DNA of 62,732 nt from Rhodothermales bacterium (GTDB lineage Bacteria; Bacteroidota; Rhodothermia; Rhodothermales; JAHQVL01), in assembly GCA_034439735.1 (NCBI GenBank), contig JAWXAX010000167.1:1-62732 (forward strand), in the 5' to 3' direction. Below, piece after piece: positions 18,471-26,669 of the stretch. The notes below the pieces were generated by a model that was not told the DNA's origin, searched no databases, and worked only from the letters and a program-made list of their open reading frames with translations. Positions within the stretch are counted from its first letter, which is position 1; every line of letters begins with the position of its first letter. The position numbers and the translations under genes are program-made.

Positions 18471-19883
18471 TCAACCCGTGGTTTCCGTCGGGATGAGTTG
18501 CGCAAGCGTTTCGCGGAGGGCGCCTTTCTGGAACAGGGCCGCCTTGCGGTCGCTCCGCTTCTCCATCGGCAGGGCCGAGAGAACCTTGCGGGTCTCGGTG
18601 ATCTGCTGGAAGAGCGAGTAGTGCTGCTCGATGAAATCGCGGTACGCCTTCGAACTGTAGATGTGCGACGTGACCATGCCCACGGCCTCGTCGACCGTAT
18701 TAAAAAGCACCTGTTCCGGCCAGATGCCGCCCGAGAACGGGAAGTTATGGACGACCGGCTTGATGCCGCAGGCCATCGCCTCGGCGATCGAGTAGCCAAA
18801 GCTCTCGTGCATCGAGGTGGAGAGGAGGAACTGCTTGTCCGACAGCCATCCACCGATGTCCTTCTGCCAGCCGTCGAACTGGACGTTGTTCGCGAGGCCC
18901 ATCTCCTTGATCATGTGGTTCCAGTAGATCTGCACCATCGGCTCCTGGAATTGGCCGGCGACATACAGCTTGTACCGAGCGTCGAAGCGGACGAGCTTGG
19001 CGAGGATTTGCAGGAGCAACGTCGGGTTTTTGCGGGAATGGATGTAGCCCACGCTGGCGAGGTTGAAGCCCGGGCTGCGCGGCGTGAACCGGTAGCGGTC
19101 GATCGCTACGCCGTTGCACACTACGGCCACCTGGACGCGGTCCTCGATCCCCGGCACGGTGCTGCGGAGGATCGTGATGAGGTGGTCGGTGACCAGCATC
19201 AGGGTGTCGATATTCTCCCACTGGACCTGCGCCGGCATCGGGGTGAAGACCTCGTAGCGATGCAGCCGGCAGACGATCGGCTTGCGGCGGGCGACTTCGA
19301 GGCGCGAGGCGTGGACCACGAGTTCGTCGCACCACTCGAACCAGCAGATATCGGCCTGCTCCATAAGCGGGGCGACCTCCTCGATCCGGGAGATGACGGC
19401 CTTCGTGACGTCGTAATGACGGTTGAGACCGCCGATGAGGTCGTCAAGGAACTGGTCGAAGCCGGCGCGGACGAACAGCGTCAGTTTCCGTTTGCCCATC
19501 GAGAGACCGGGTTCGACGCCGGGAATACGCTGTGGGACGGCGTCGATCTGGGCGAGCTGGTTGGCGTTCGCCACGAGGCGCGCTTTGCGGTACCATTCGA
19601 GCGCGTACGGGAAATCGGCCATCTGCTCGTACAGATTGCCCAGCAGGTAAAGCACTTCGAAGCGCTCCGGCGCCTGGGCGAGGGCGGCGAAAAGGCGTTC
19701 CTCGGCCTCGGGATACTGTTTCCGTTCGAGCGCGACGATCGCCCCCAGGAGGTAATAGCGCTCGTCCTGCCCGTAGGTCTTCCGCCACGTCGCCAGCAGC
19801 GCTTCCGCTTCCGAAAGCTGCCCGTTTTGAATGCAGGATTTGATGGTTTCTTTTGCGTCAAACTGTCGTTGATCCATGGCCAT
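18471..19883 (-). CDS. TPR + GT4 glycosyltransferase
   Basis: N-terminal TPRs (LYLLGNLYEQMADFPYALEWYRKA); CRLHRYE, GYIHSRKNP, ESFGYSIAEAMACGIKPV. Confidence 0.85.
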   Translation of the reverse strand: MAMDQRQFDAKETIKSCIQNGQLSEAEALLATWRKTYGQDERYYLLGAIVALERKQYPEAEERLFAALAQAPERFEVLYLLGNLYEQMADFPYALEWYRKARLVANANQLAQIDAVPQRIPGVEPGLSMGKRKLTLFVRAGFDQFLDDLIGGLNRHYDVTKAVISRIEEVAPLMEQADICWFEWCDELVVHASRLEVARRKPIVCRLHRYEVFTPMPAQVQWENIDTLMLVTDHLITILRSTVPGIEDRVQVAVVCNGVAIDRYRFTPRSPGFNLASVGYIHSRKNPTLLLQILAKLVRFDARYKLYVAGQFQEPMVQIYWNHMIKEMGLANNVQFDGWQKDIGGWLSDKQFLLSTSMHESFGYSIAEAMACGIKPVVHNFPFSGGIWPEQVLFNTVDEAVGMVTSHIYSSKAYRDFIEQHYSLFQQITETRKVLSALPMEKRSDRKAALFQKGALRETLAQLIPTETTG

Positions 19884-19913
19884 TGAGGGTGTTGTGAGAT
19901 GAAATAGGTAGCG

Positions 19914-20930
19914 TTAATTCCAGCCGGCGAGCCGTTTGAACTCGGCCGGCAGGAGGATTCGGTTGGATTCGAGCACGCGGAGCACCTCCCGCGACTCGTC
20001 GTCGGACGCGACGGGCTCCCGGCCGCCGAGGAGGTGTGCGATAAACGCCGCCGCCTCGCGGCCGCGGGTGTAAGAAGCCTGAAGGACGTCGCCCCGCTTG
20101 CGGAGCAGGTCTCGGAAGAGCGGCAGGCTCAGGCGCCTCATTTCGATCAGGTAGGTGGCTCCGACGCACATCGACACGAGGTGCATGGTGATTTTATCGA
20201 TCCCGTAGGTTTCGCGGGAAGACAGCGAGCCGTGCTGGACGAGCCGCATGTAGCGGCCGGCGCGCGCGATCCGCACCCGGCGCTCCGGGAAGCGGGCGCA
20301 GAGGCGGGCGAGGAAGACATAGTCTTCGCTCACCTTAAAAAACGATTCAGGCTCCGTGCCCCGCAGGTCGGCCGGCCGAAAGAGACTGCCGAGGGTCAGC
20401 ACCTGCATTTCGCCGGTGGCCACGAGGTAACAGAGCAGCTCGAAGCCGGTCTTGCCGTCGAACCCGCGGCGGTCGTACTGGAGGTTCATCTGGAGGGACT
20501 CGTTGAAGGCGAAGACCGCCGGCATGGCGGTGAAGAGCGCCGGGGCGTCCATGTCCATCAGCGCCGTCGCCTCATCCAGGAACGCATCCGCCTCGTTCAG
20601 GAAGTCGTCGTCGTCGCAGAACCCCATGTAGGGCGTGTCGGCCAGGGCGATGCCCGCGCCGCGGGTGCAGGCGACGCCGCGGTTGGTGTCGTAGTGATGG
20701 ATGTGGATGTCGGGCCGGCCAGCGGTCAGCAGGTCGAGGTCCGCCCTCGTCGTGGCGCTGGCGCCGTCGCAGACGATCTGGAGCGGCAGTCCATCCCACA
20801 GCCCCTCCTCCAGGTACAGGGAGAAATACCGGAGGCGGTCGAACAGCGGCATGACAAACGTCACGTCGGCGTGTCGACTGGCGCCTCGCGGCGTGGCGCG
20901 GGCTTTCTGGAGTTCGAGGATGCTGTTCAT
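19914..20930 (-). CDS. GT2 family glycosyltransferase
   Basis: VTFVMPLFDR, IVCDGAS, NRGVACTRGAGI, FCDDDD, SEDY. Confidence 0.8.
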   Translation of the reverse strand: MNSILELQKARATPRGASRHADVTFVMPLFDRLRYFSLYLEEGLWDGLPLQIVCDGASATTRADLDLLTAGRPDIHIHHYDTNRGVACTRGAGIALADTPYMGFCDDDDFLNEADAFLDEATALMDMDAPALFTAMPAVFAFNESLQMNLQYDRRGFDGKTGFELLCYLVATGEMQVLTLGSLFRPADLRGTEPESFFKVSEDYVFLARLCARFPERRVRIARAGRYMRLVQHGSLSSRETYGIDKITMHLVSMCVGATYLIEMRRLSLPLFRDLLRKRGDVLQASYTRGREAAAFIAHLLGGREPVASDDESREVLRVLESNRILLPAEFKRLAGWN

Positions 20931-21156
20931 AGGAAGGGCGATACAAGACGTGTGTTGGCCCCGAGGTCAAAAACCCTGCCATCGCCCGACAGGTCGCGCG
21001 GCAGGTCGTCGGCCGCACGCCGTAACGAACACCGGGCCGTTGCCGGTGCCTCGCCGGCCGATCGTCGGGCAATTTCCGCCCCTGATTCAGGAAACTTATG
21101 CCCGCATTCCGGAGGTGATTGGACCCCTGCGCGACGCAGATCCCCCCATGCCGGCA

Positions 21157-21172
21157 TGGCAAGTCTTTTGTA
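21157..21172 (+). promoter_or_regulatory. Sigma54 -24/-12 promoter of the flgF operon
   Basis: TGGCAA-GTCTT-TTGTA, 40 bp before the flgF ATG. Confidence 0.55.
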
Positions 21173-21212
21173 CATCCCCCCTCCACGCAACTCCTACACA
21201 TCGGTCACCTTC

Positions 21213-21935
21213 ATGCTGCTCCGACTCGAAAACAGCTATCAATCCATGACGTCGCACGTCCGCCAGGTGGAGCGGATCGCGAACAACCTCGCCAACGCCA
21301 GCACGGTCGGCTTCCGGAAGGACCGCTCATTCGTCGAGGTGCTGGCCGAGGGGCTCGACAAAGAAGAGTCACCCTACAGCACGCGCCAGCTCGGGCACTG
21401 GGTGGACCAGCAGCAGGGCAGCCTCGAGCAGACCGGCGGTTCGCTGGATGTGGCCCTGAACGGCGAAGGGTTCTTCGTTCTCTCCGACCCCGATACCGGG
21501 GCCACACGCTATACCCGCGCCGGCCATTTCCTCACGGATGAGGAGGGCACACTCCGCGCGCCGAACGGCCTCGTCGTCGAGGGCCAGGCCGGCCCGATCA
21601 CCATCCCCGAGGACGCGGTGACCGTCGAGATCCGCCGCAACGGCGACGTGATCGTGGACGACAGCCTGGTAGGGACCCTGCGCGTCGTCCGCTTCGACGC
21701 GCCGGAACAGCTGACCCGCATCGACGCGGCCTCGTTCCTCGCGAACGGTGTCGAACCGCAGGACATCGACGAGCCGGCCGTCATCCAGGGCCAGCTCGAA
21801 AACAGCAACGTAGACGCCGTCCGCGAGATGAGCGAACTCATCGCCTACAGCCGTCTCTTCGAAGCCCAACAAAAAACCCTGACCACCGTCGACGGCTACC
21901 TCGAACGCGCCACGCGCGAATTGAGCCGGTTCTGA
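21213..21935 (+). CDS. flgF: Flagellar basal-body rod protein FlgF
   Basis: IANNLANASTVGFRK, LDVALNGEGFF, YTRAGHF, LENSNVDAVREM. Confidence 0.88.
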   Translation: MLLRLENSYQSMTSHVRQVERIANNLANASTVGFRKDRSFVEVLAEGLDKEESPYSTRQLGHWVDQQQGSLEQTGGSLDVALNGEGFFVLSDPDTGATRYTRAGHFLTDEEGTLRAPNGLVVEGQAGPITIPEDAVTVEIRRNGDVIVDDSLVGTLRVVRFDAPEQLTRIDAASFLANGVEPQDIDEPAVIQGQLENSNVDAVREMSELIAYSRLFEAQQKTLTTVDGYLERATRELSRF

Positions 21936-22048
21936 TTGGTTACAGGTTTACAGGTTGCAGGTTACAGGTTCTCAAACTTGCTGCCTTCAACCTGTAAACC
22001 TGCAACCTGCAAACCTGCAAACCTGCAACTTTCCAACCTGCAACCAAC
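21936..22048. repeat. Inverted 7/8-mer repeat array (GGTT(A/G)CA versus AACCTGC/AAACCTGC)
   Basis: Occupies the whole flgF-flgG gap; the arms are reverse complements. Confidence 0.8.
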
Positions 22049-22834
22049 ATGTTAAGAGCACTCTGGACCGCCGCGCTGGGCATGCAAGCCCAGCAACAGG
22101 GCGTTGACAACATCGCCAATAACCTCGCCAACGCGAACACGACGGGGTACAAACACTCCAAGATCGTATTTCAGGACCTGCTGTATCAGACGGTCCGCGC
22201 CCCGAGTGAGGGAGACTCGGGGACGACGCAGCCGGCGACGTTGCAGATGGGCCATGGCGCCACGGCTATCGCCACCGTCCGCAATTTCCAACAGGGCGGC
22301 CTGACCGAGACGCAGAATCCGCTCGATATCGCCATCAACGGCGAGGGCTTCCTCCAGGTCACCCGGCAGGACGGCACGGTGGCCTACACCCGCGACGGCA
22401 CATTCACGCTGAACGCCGAGGGCACCATCGTCACCCAGAGCGGTCTCCGCCTGGAGCCCGAAATCTCGATCCCGCCAGATGCCAGCCGGGTGGATATTTC
22501 GCAGGATGGGGTGGTGATGGCCACGATCCCGGGGGATGTTACTCCCGTAGAACTCGGTCAGATCGAGCTCGCTCGTTTCAACAACGACAGCGGCTTGCTG
22601 GCCATCGGCGGCAACCTCTATGAGCAGACCAACGCCAGCGGCGAGCCCATCATCGGGACGCCTGGCCAGGAGGGTCTGGGTGGGTTGATCCAGGGCTATC
22701 TGGAGAACTCGAACGTGCAGGTGGTCCAGGAAATGGTCAACCTCATCACGGCCCAGCGCGCCTACGAATTGAACACGAAGGTGGTTACCACGGCCGACCA
22801 GATGCTGCAGCAGGCCAACCAGATTAAGCGGTAA
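22049..22834 (+). CDS. flgG: Flagellar distal rod protein FlgG
   Basis: MLRALWTAALGMQAQQ, FQDLLYQ, LENSNVQVVQEMVNLITAQRAYELN. Confidence 0.95.
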   Translation: MLRALWTAALGMQAQQQGVDNIANNLANANTTGYKHSKIVFQDLLYQTVRAPSEGDSGTTQPATLQMGHGATAIATVRNFQQGGLTETQNPLDIAINGEGFLQVTRQDGTVAYTRDGTFTLNAEGTIVTQSGLRLEPEISIPPDASRVDISQDGVVMATIPGDVTPVELGQIELARFNNDSGLLAIGGNLYEQTNASGEPIIGTPGQEGLGGLIQGYLENSNVQVVQEMVNLITAQRAYELNTKVVTTADQMLQQANQIKR

Positions 22835-22844
22835 TTAAGGCAAC

Positions 22845-23645
22845 ATGAAAAAGGCAAAAGGCAAAATCGGGTTTGTACGGGGTCCGCGGTTTATGTGGAA
22901 CTTCCCCCTTCGTGGGGCGCCTTTTGCCCTTTGCCTTTCTTGTTTTTCCTTTTTCCTTTCCTCTTTTGCCTTTTGCCTTCCTTCCCCGGCGCAGCCGGGC
23001 AAGGCGCGGATTCTAGCGGCGGCGCGGGCCGCGCTGGATGCCGCGTATCCCGAGCAGGCCGGCCGGCTTGACGTACGGCTGGTGCGGACAGGGGGCGAAC
23101 TCCCGGACGACGGCCCGCTCCGCCTCGTGCTGCCCCCCGGCAACGCCCTCCCCCGGGGCAGGCTTCAGGCCGACCTCGAACGACAAGAGGTTGATGGCAT
23201 CTGGCTGGAAAGCGGCTGGGCGCAGATCTATATCGCCCATTTTGACTCGGTCGCCACGCCGATCCGTACAGTCAACAAAGACGAAAAGATCGACTCCGGG
23301 GATGTGGCCTTTGCCTGGATTGAAACCACACGGTTTGCCGGGGAGCCGCTTACGCCGGCCCTCTTCCGCGAACTGGCGGTCGGACCGCTCTTCGCACATC
23401 GGCACCTCGGCGCGGACCGCGCCCTGCAGCGTGACGACGTGCGGCCGGCGTACGCGGCAACCACCGGAGAACCGGTGGAGATGACGTACCGGCGGGAGCG
23501 CCTGCTCCTTTCGATCAAAGGCCAGGCCCGATCGCAGGGCTTTGTCGGCGACAGCATTCGGCTGTATGCGCCGGCGACCAAAACCATGTATAAAGTCCGC
23601 CTCACCGGCCCCGGCGCCGCGGAGTGGATCGAAACCTTGAAGTAA
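22845..23645 (+). CDS. flgA: P-ring formation chaperone FlgA
   Basis: Position between flgG and flgH; SAF-like region and GQARSQGFVGDSIRL C-terminus. Confidence 0.8.
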   Translation: MKKAKGKIGFVRGPRFMWNFPLRGAPFALCLSCFSFFLSSFAFCLPSPAQPGKARILAAARAALDAAYPEQAGRLDVRLVRTGGELPDDGPLRLVLPPGNALPRGRLQADLERQEVDGIWLESGWAQIYIAHFDSVATPIRTVNKDEKIDSGDVAFAWIETTRFAGEPLTPALFRELAVGPLFAHRHLGADRALQRDDVRPAYAATTGEPVEMTYRRERLLLSIKGQARSQGFVGDSIRLYAPATKTMYKVRLTGPGAAEWIETLK

Positions 23646-23648
23646 CCC

Positions 23649-24263
23649 ATGAAAAACGCCCGACGCATCCTGATCCTTAGCGGACTCGTGACGTTGTCCT
23701 TCCTCTTCCCCTCCCTGTCCGCGGCCCAGCGCTCCATGTTCGCCGACATCAAGGCCTATCGGATCGGGGATGCGATCACGATCAACCTGGCCGAGCGGAC
23801 CGCCGCCGAGCGCGAGAGCCAGTGGGAGCGCAGCAGCCGGTCCAACCTCGACAGCGGCAGCAGCCTCGACGCCGGCGCCACGCTGAACGGGCAATTCGGC
23901 GTAAACGCCTCGTTTCAGAATGACGCCGAGCGGAGAAACGGAAGCGTTCAGTCGGACCTTCTCCGGGGCACCATGACGGCGCTCATCGTCGCCGTGGATT
24001 CGCTTTCGGGCAACCTGGTCGTCCAGGGCGAACGCAGCCTCAATGTGAACGGCGAGACGCACTTGATGGAGGTGCGCGGGATGGTGCGGCCGTTCGACAT
24101 CCTCGGCGACAACTCCGTCCTCTCGTACCAGCTGGCCAACGCCAACATCGTCTACAAACGCGCCGGCGGCGTCAAGCGCGCCTTCCTCGGCCCCGGCGCC
24201 ATCACGGGCATCGCGACGGTGATCGCCATCGGAGCGGCCGCCTATGTCGGGATGCAACAGTAG
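23649..24263 (+). CDS. flgH: Flagellar L-ring protein FlgH
   Basis: FADIKAYRIGDAITI, GNLVVQGER, VRGMVRPFDI, NSVLSYQLANANI. Confidence 0.9.
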   Translation: MKNARRILILSGLVTLSFLFPSLSAAQRSMFADIKAYRIGDAITINLAERTAAERESQWERSSRSNLDSGSSLDAGATLNGQFGVNASFQNDAERRNGSVQSDLLRGTMTALIVAVDSLSGNLVVQGERSLNVNGETHLMEVRGMVRPFDILGDNSVLSYQLANANIVYKRAGGVKRAFLGPGAITGIATVIAIGAAAYVGMQQ

Positions 24264-24471
24264 GGACACGACACATCGTGTCCCTACCTGAAGACCGCAC
24301 ATTCCCTTCAGGCCTGTCATCCCCAACTCGATGGGGGGATCCATTCAAGGCGGGATGGTGCCATGGATTACATCGTAAGTCGCTTCGCTCGTTTCCCGCC
24401 TTCGCGGGAGCCTGCCCCCGGCTTTGACCGGGGGATGACGAATAGAGTGTAGTGCAATTCTCAACGGTTCC
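24260..24471. repeat. REP cluster: GTAG palindrome, CGTC-type pair with internal hairpin insertions, and the shared end motif
   Basis: GTAGGGACACGA-CACA-TCGTGTCCCTAC 24260-24287; GTCATCCCCAACTCGATGGGGGGATCCA at 24316; CCCCCGG-CTTTGA-CCGGGGG-ATGACG to 24440; GCAATTCTCAACGGTT at 24454. Confidence 0.65.
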
Positions 24472-24480
24472 TTCGAAAAA

Positions 24481-25617
24481 ATGCACATTCCCCTTTTATC
24501 CTCTCCGACCGTAGTGCTGGTCGTGGCGCTGCTCGCGGCGGTAGCGCCGGCGGCGCGGGCGCAGAATGCCGGCGAAGTGCGGCTCAAGGATCTGGTTTCG
24601 ATCGAGTCGACCTCCCCGACCCAGTTGACGGGCTACGGCCTCGTCGTGGGCCTGGACCGCACCGGCGACCGGGCCCGCGGGGAGCGCGGCTCGCCCCACA
24701 CGATCCGCAGCATCGCCAACATGTTGCAGCGGTTCGGGATCGCCGTGGACCCCGAGCAGCTCGCCTCCCGCAACGCGGCGGCCGTCATCGTCACCGCCGT
24801 GCTGGACCCCTTCAGTAGCCCCGGGAGCCTCATCGACGCCACGGTGTCCGCCATCGGGGACGCCACGAGTCTTTCGGGCGGCATCCTGATCCAGACGCCC
24901 CTCCAGAACCCGATCACCGGCGAGGTATTCGCCATGGCGCAGGGCCCGATCTCGACCGGCTCTGTGCTTGCCTCCAGCCTGGGCTCGTCGGTGAAGATCA
25001 ATCATACCAACACGGGCCGCATCCCCAACGGGGCGCTCGTGTCACGGCAGGTGCCACTCAACTTCGCGAACCGGACGGATATCGGGTTGCTCATCAAGGA
25101 GCCCGACTTCACCAACGCCACACGGGTCGCCGAGGCGATCAACGGCCTTTATGCGGACGCCGCGACGGTAGAGCACGCCGGCCTCGTGCGGGTCCTGATG
25201 CCGCCCGACGTGGGCGGCGTGCCTGGTCTGATGGCCTCGCTGGAGGATTTGCGGATCAGCGTCGACGTGCCGGCGCGGCTGGTCGTCAACGAGCGGTCCG
25301 GCATCATCGTCGCCGGCGGCAACGTCCGCGTCAGCGAGGTGATGCTCACGTACGGCAGCATCGTCATCTCCACGCAGGTGGATCCCTTCGTCTCTCAACC
25401 GAACCCCCTCGCCCAGGGCCAAACCGTCCAGGGCGCCGCCGGCACGGCCAACATCGAAGAAAGTGGCACCCGCTCCGTCGTTCTCGCCCCGAACTCGGAC
25501 GTCAACCAGCTCGCCGCTGCCCTCAACGAACTCGGCCTCACGGCCCGCGACGTGATCGGCATCTTCCAGGCGATTGAACGTGCCGGGGCGTTGCAAGGCG
25601 AACTGATCATCTTATGA
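24481..25617 (+). CDS. flgI: Flagellar P-ring protein FlgI
   Basis: RLKDL, QLTGYGLVVGLDRTGD, GDATSLSGG, GALQGELIIL. Confidence 0.95.
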   Translation: MHIPLLSSPTVVLVVALLAAVAPAARAQNAGEVRLKDLVSIESTSPTQLTGYGLVVGLDRTGDRARGERGSPHTIRSIANMLQRFGIAVDPEQLASRNAAAVIVTAVLDPFSSPGSLIDATVSAIGDATSLSGGILIQTPLQNPITGEVFAMAQGPISTGSVLASSLGSSVKINHTNTGRIPNGALVSRQVPLNFANRTDIGLLIKEPDFTNATRVAEAINGLYADAATVEHAGLVRVLMPPDVGGVPGLMASLEDLRISVDVPARLVVNERSGIIVAGGNVRVSEVMLTYGSIVISTQVDPFVSQPNPLAQGQTVQGAAGTANIEESGTRSVVLAPNSDVNQLAAALNELGLTARDVIGIFQAIERAGALQGELIIL

Positions 25618-25681
25618 GTCAAGGACTATTACCTATTAAAAATTGAACATTACACAGGTACACATTAAACCGCATCGCCCC

Positions 25682-26059
25682 ATGTCCATCCAACCTCTTT
25701 CTCCCGACCCGGCGCGCGGCGCCAGCCCGGACTTGCTCGGCCGCGCTTCCAACCCCGAGGAGGCGGCGAAGGCGTTTGAGCACGTGCTCGTGCAGCAATT
25801 CGTGAAGACCCTCACGGATCCACTCTTCAAGACATCGCTCAGCGGCGACGAGGGGCCGGGTTGGATGAAGGCCTACGGCGACACCCAGCGGTCTATGCTG
25901 ACCGACGTGTTGACAGGGCACCTGGTCGACGAGAAGACCTTCGGCCTGGCCGACCTCCTCCTATCGCAATGGCAACGCCAGGCCGGCGCCGAAGACCCTT
26001 CTGACATCGCCGCCTCAGACGCCGACGGCGCGGCCTCTATCAAGCCCTTAACGCCCTGA
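25682..26059 (+). CDS. flgJ: Single-domain rod-capping FlgJ (no muramidase domain)
   Basis: EAAKAFEHVLVQQFVK and FGLADLLLSQW; follows flgI. Confidence 0.8.
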   Translation: MSIQPLSPDPARGASPDLLGRASNPEEAAKAFEHVLVQQFVKTLTDPLFKTSLSGDEGPGWMKAYGDTQRSMLTDVLTGHLVDEKTFGLADLLLSQWQRQAGAEDPSDIAASDADGAASIKPLTP

Positions 26060-26063
26060 TCCC

Positions 26064-26621
26064 ATGGAACTGCCGACTCCTGCCCTCGCCACCGACACGC
26101 TCCTCGATCAATCCCGGCGCCTCGCGGGGAAGCTCGACGAGCACCGGGCCGCCTTGCGCGCCCTCGAAGCCAGCATCGAGGCCCAGATGGCCGCGATGCG
26201 GACGCGTGAATCCGCCGAGGTGCGCGAGACGACGCTGTCGGCGAACGACCGGCTGCATGCCCTGACAAGGCTGTACGAAGAGCAGGAAGCGCTGATGGCC
26301 GGCATCGCCGCGTCGCTGGGCTGGGAGGATGATCGGCCCTCGATCGTCAAGCTGGCCGCGCATCTCGAGCAGGTTCGCGGCGGCGAGGAAACCGCCCGGG
26401 CGCTGCTCGAAACCCGCACGGCCATCACCGAGCTGGCCGCGGTGACACGCGAAAAGAGCGAAGAGCTGGCCTATACGCTGCAATACGCCCTTCATCTGGG
26501 CAAAGAGCTGATCCAGGCGGTGCAAGCCGTCCATCAACCCGTCCCGATCTCCCTGTACACGCCTCGCGGTAAGACCACGATCGGCGGTAAAACGCGCCCC
26601 ATCGTCAACCGAATGGGGTAA
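26064..26621 (+). CDS. flgN: FlgN-like export chaperone
   Basis: Helical protein directly before flgK, with C-terminal YTPRGK. Confidence 0.7.
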   Translation: MELPTPALATDTLLDQSRRLAGKLDEHRAALRALEASIEAQMAAMRTRESAEVRETTLSANDRLHALTRLYEEQEALMAGIAASLGWEDDRPSIVKLAAHLEQVRGGEETARALLETRTAITELAAVTREKSEELAYTLQYALHLGKELIQAVQAVHQPVPISLYTPRGKTTIGGKTRPIVNRMG

Positions 26622-26669
26622 GCCGTCCGTCCGGACCGCCCTTCGCACCACGCCCAAGCAGAGCCTATC

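Noticed and set aside
20034..21212. Apparent long N-terminal extension of FlgF
   Set aside because: Antisense to the GT2 gene and spans the promoter region; FlgF motifs begin after ATG 21213
21936..22048. Repeat arrays as CRISPR
   Set aside because: Units are 7-8 bp tandem repeats without unique spacers, and no cas genes are present
25682..26059. FlgJ lacking a muramidase domain as a novelty
   Set aside because: Single-domain FlgJ is common outside beta- and gamma-proteobacteria
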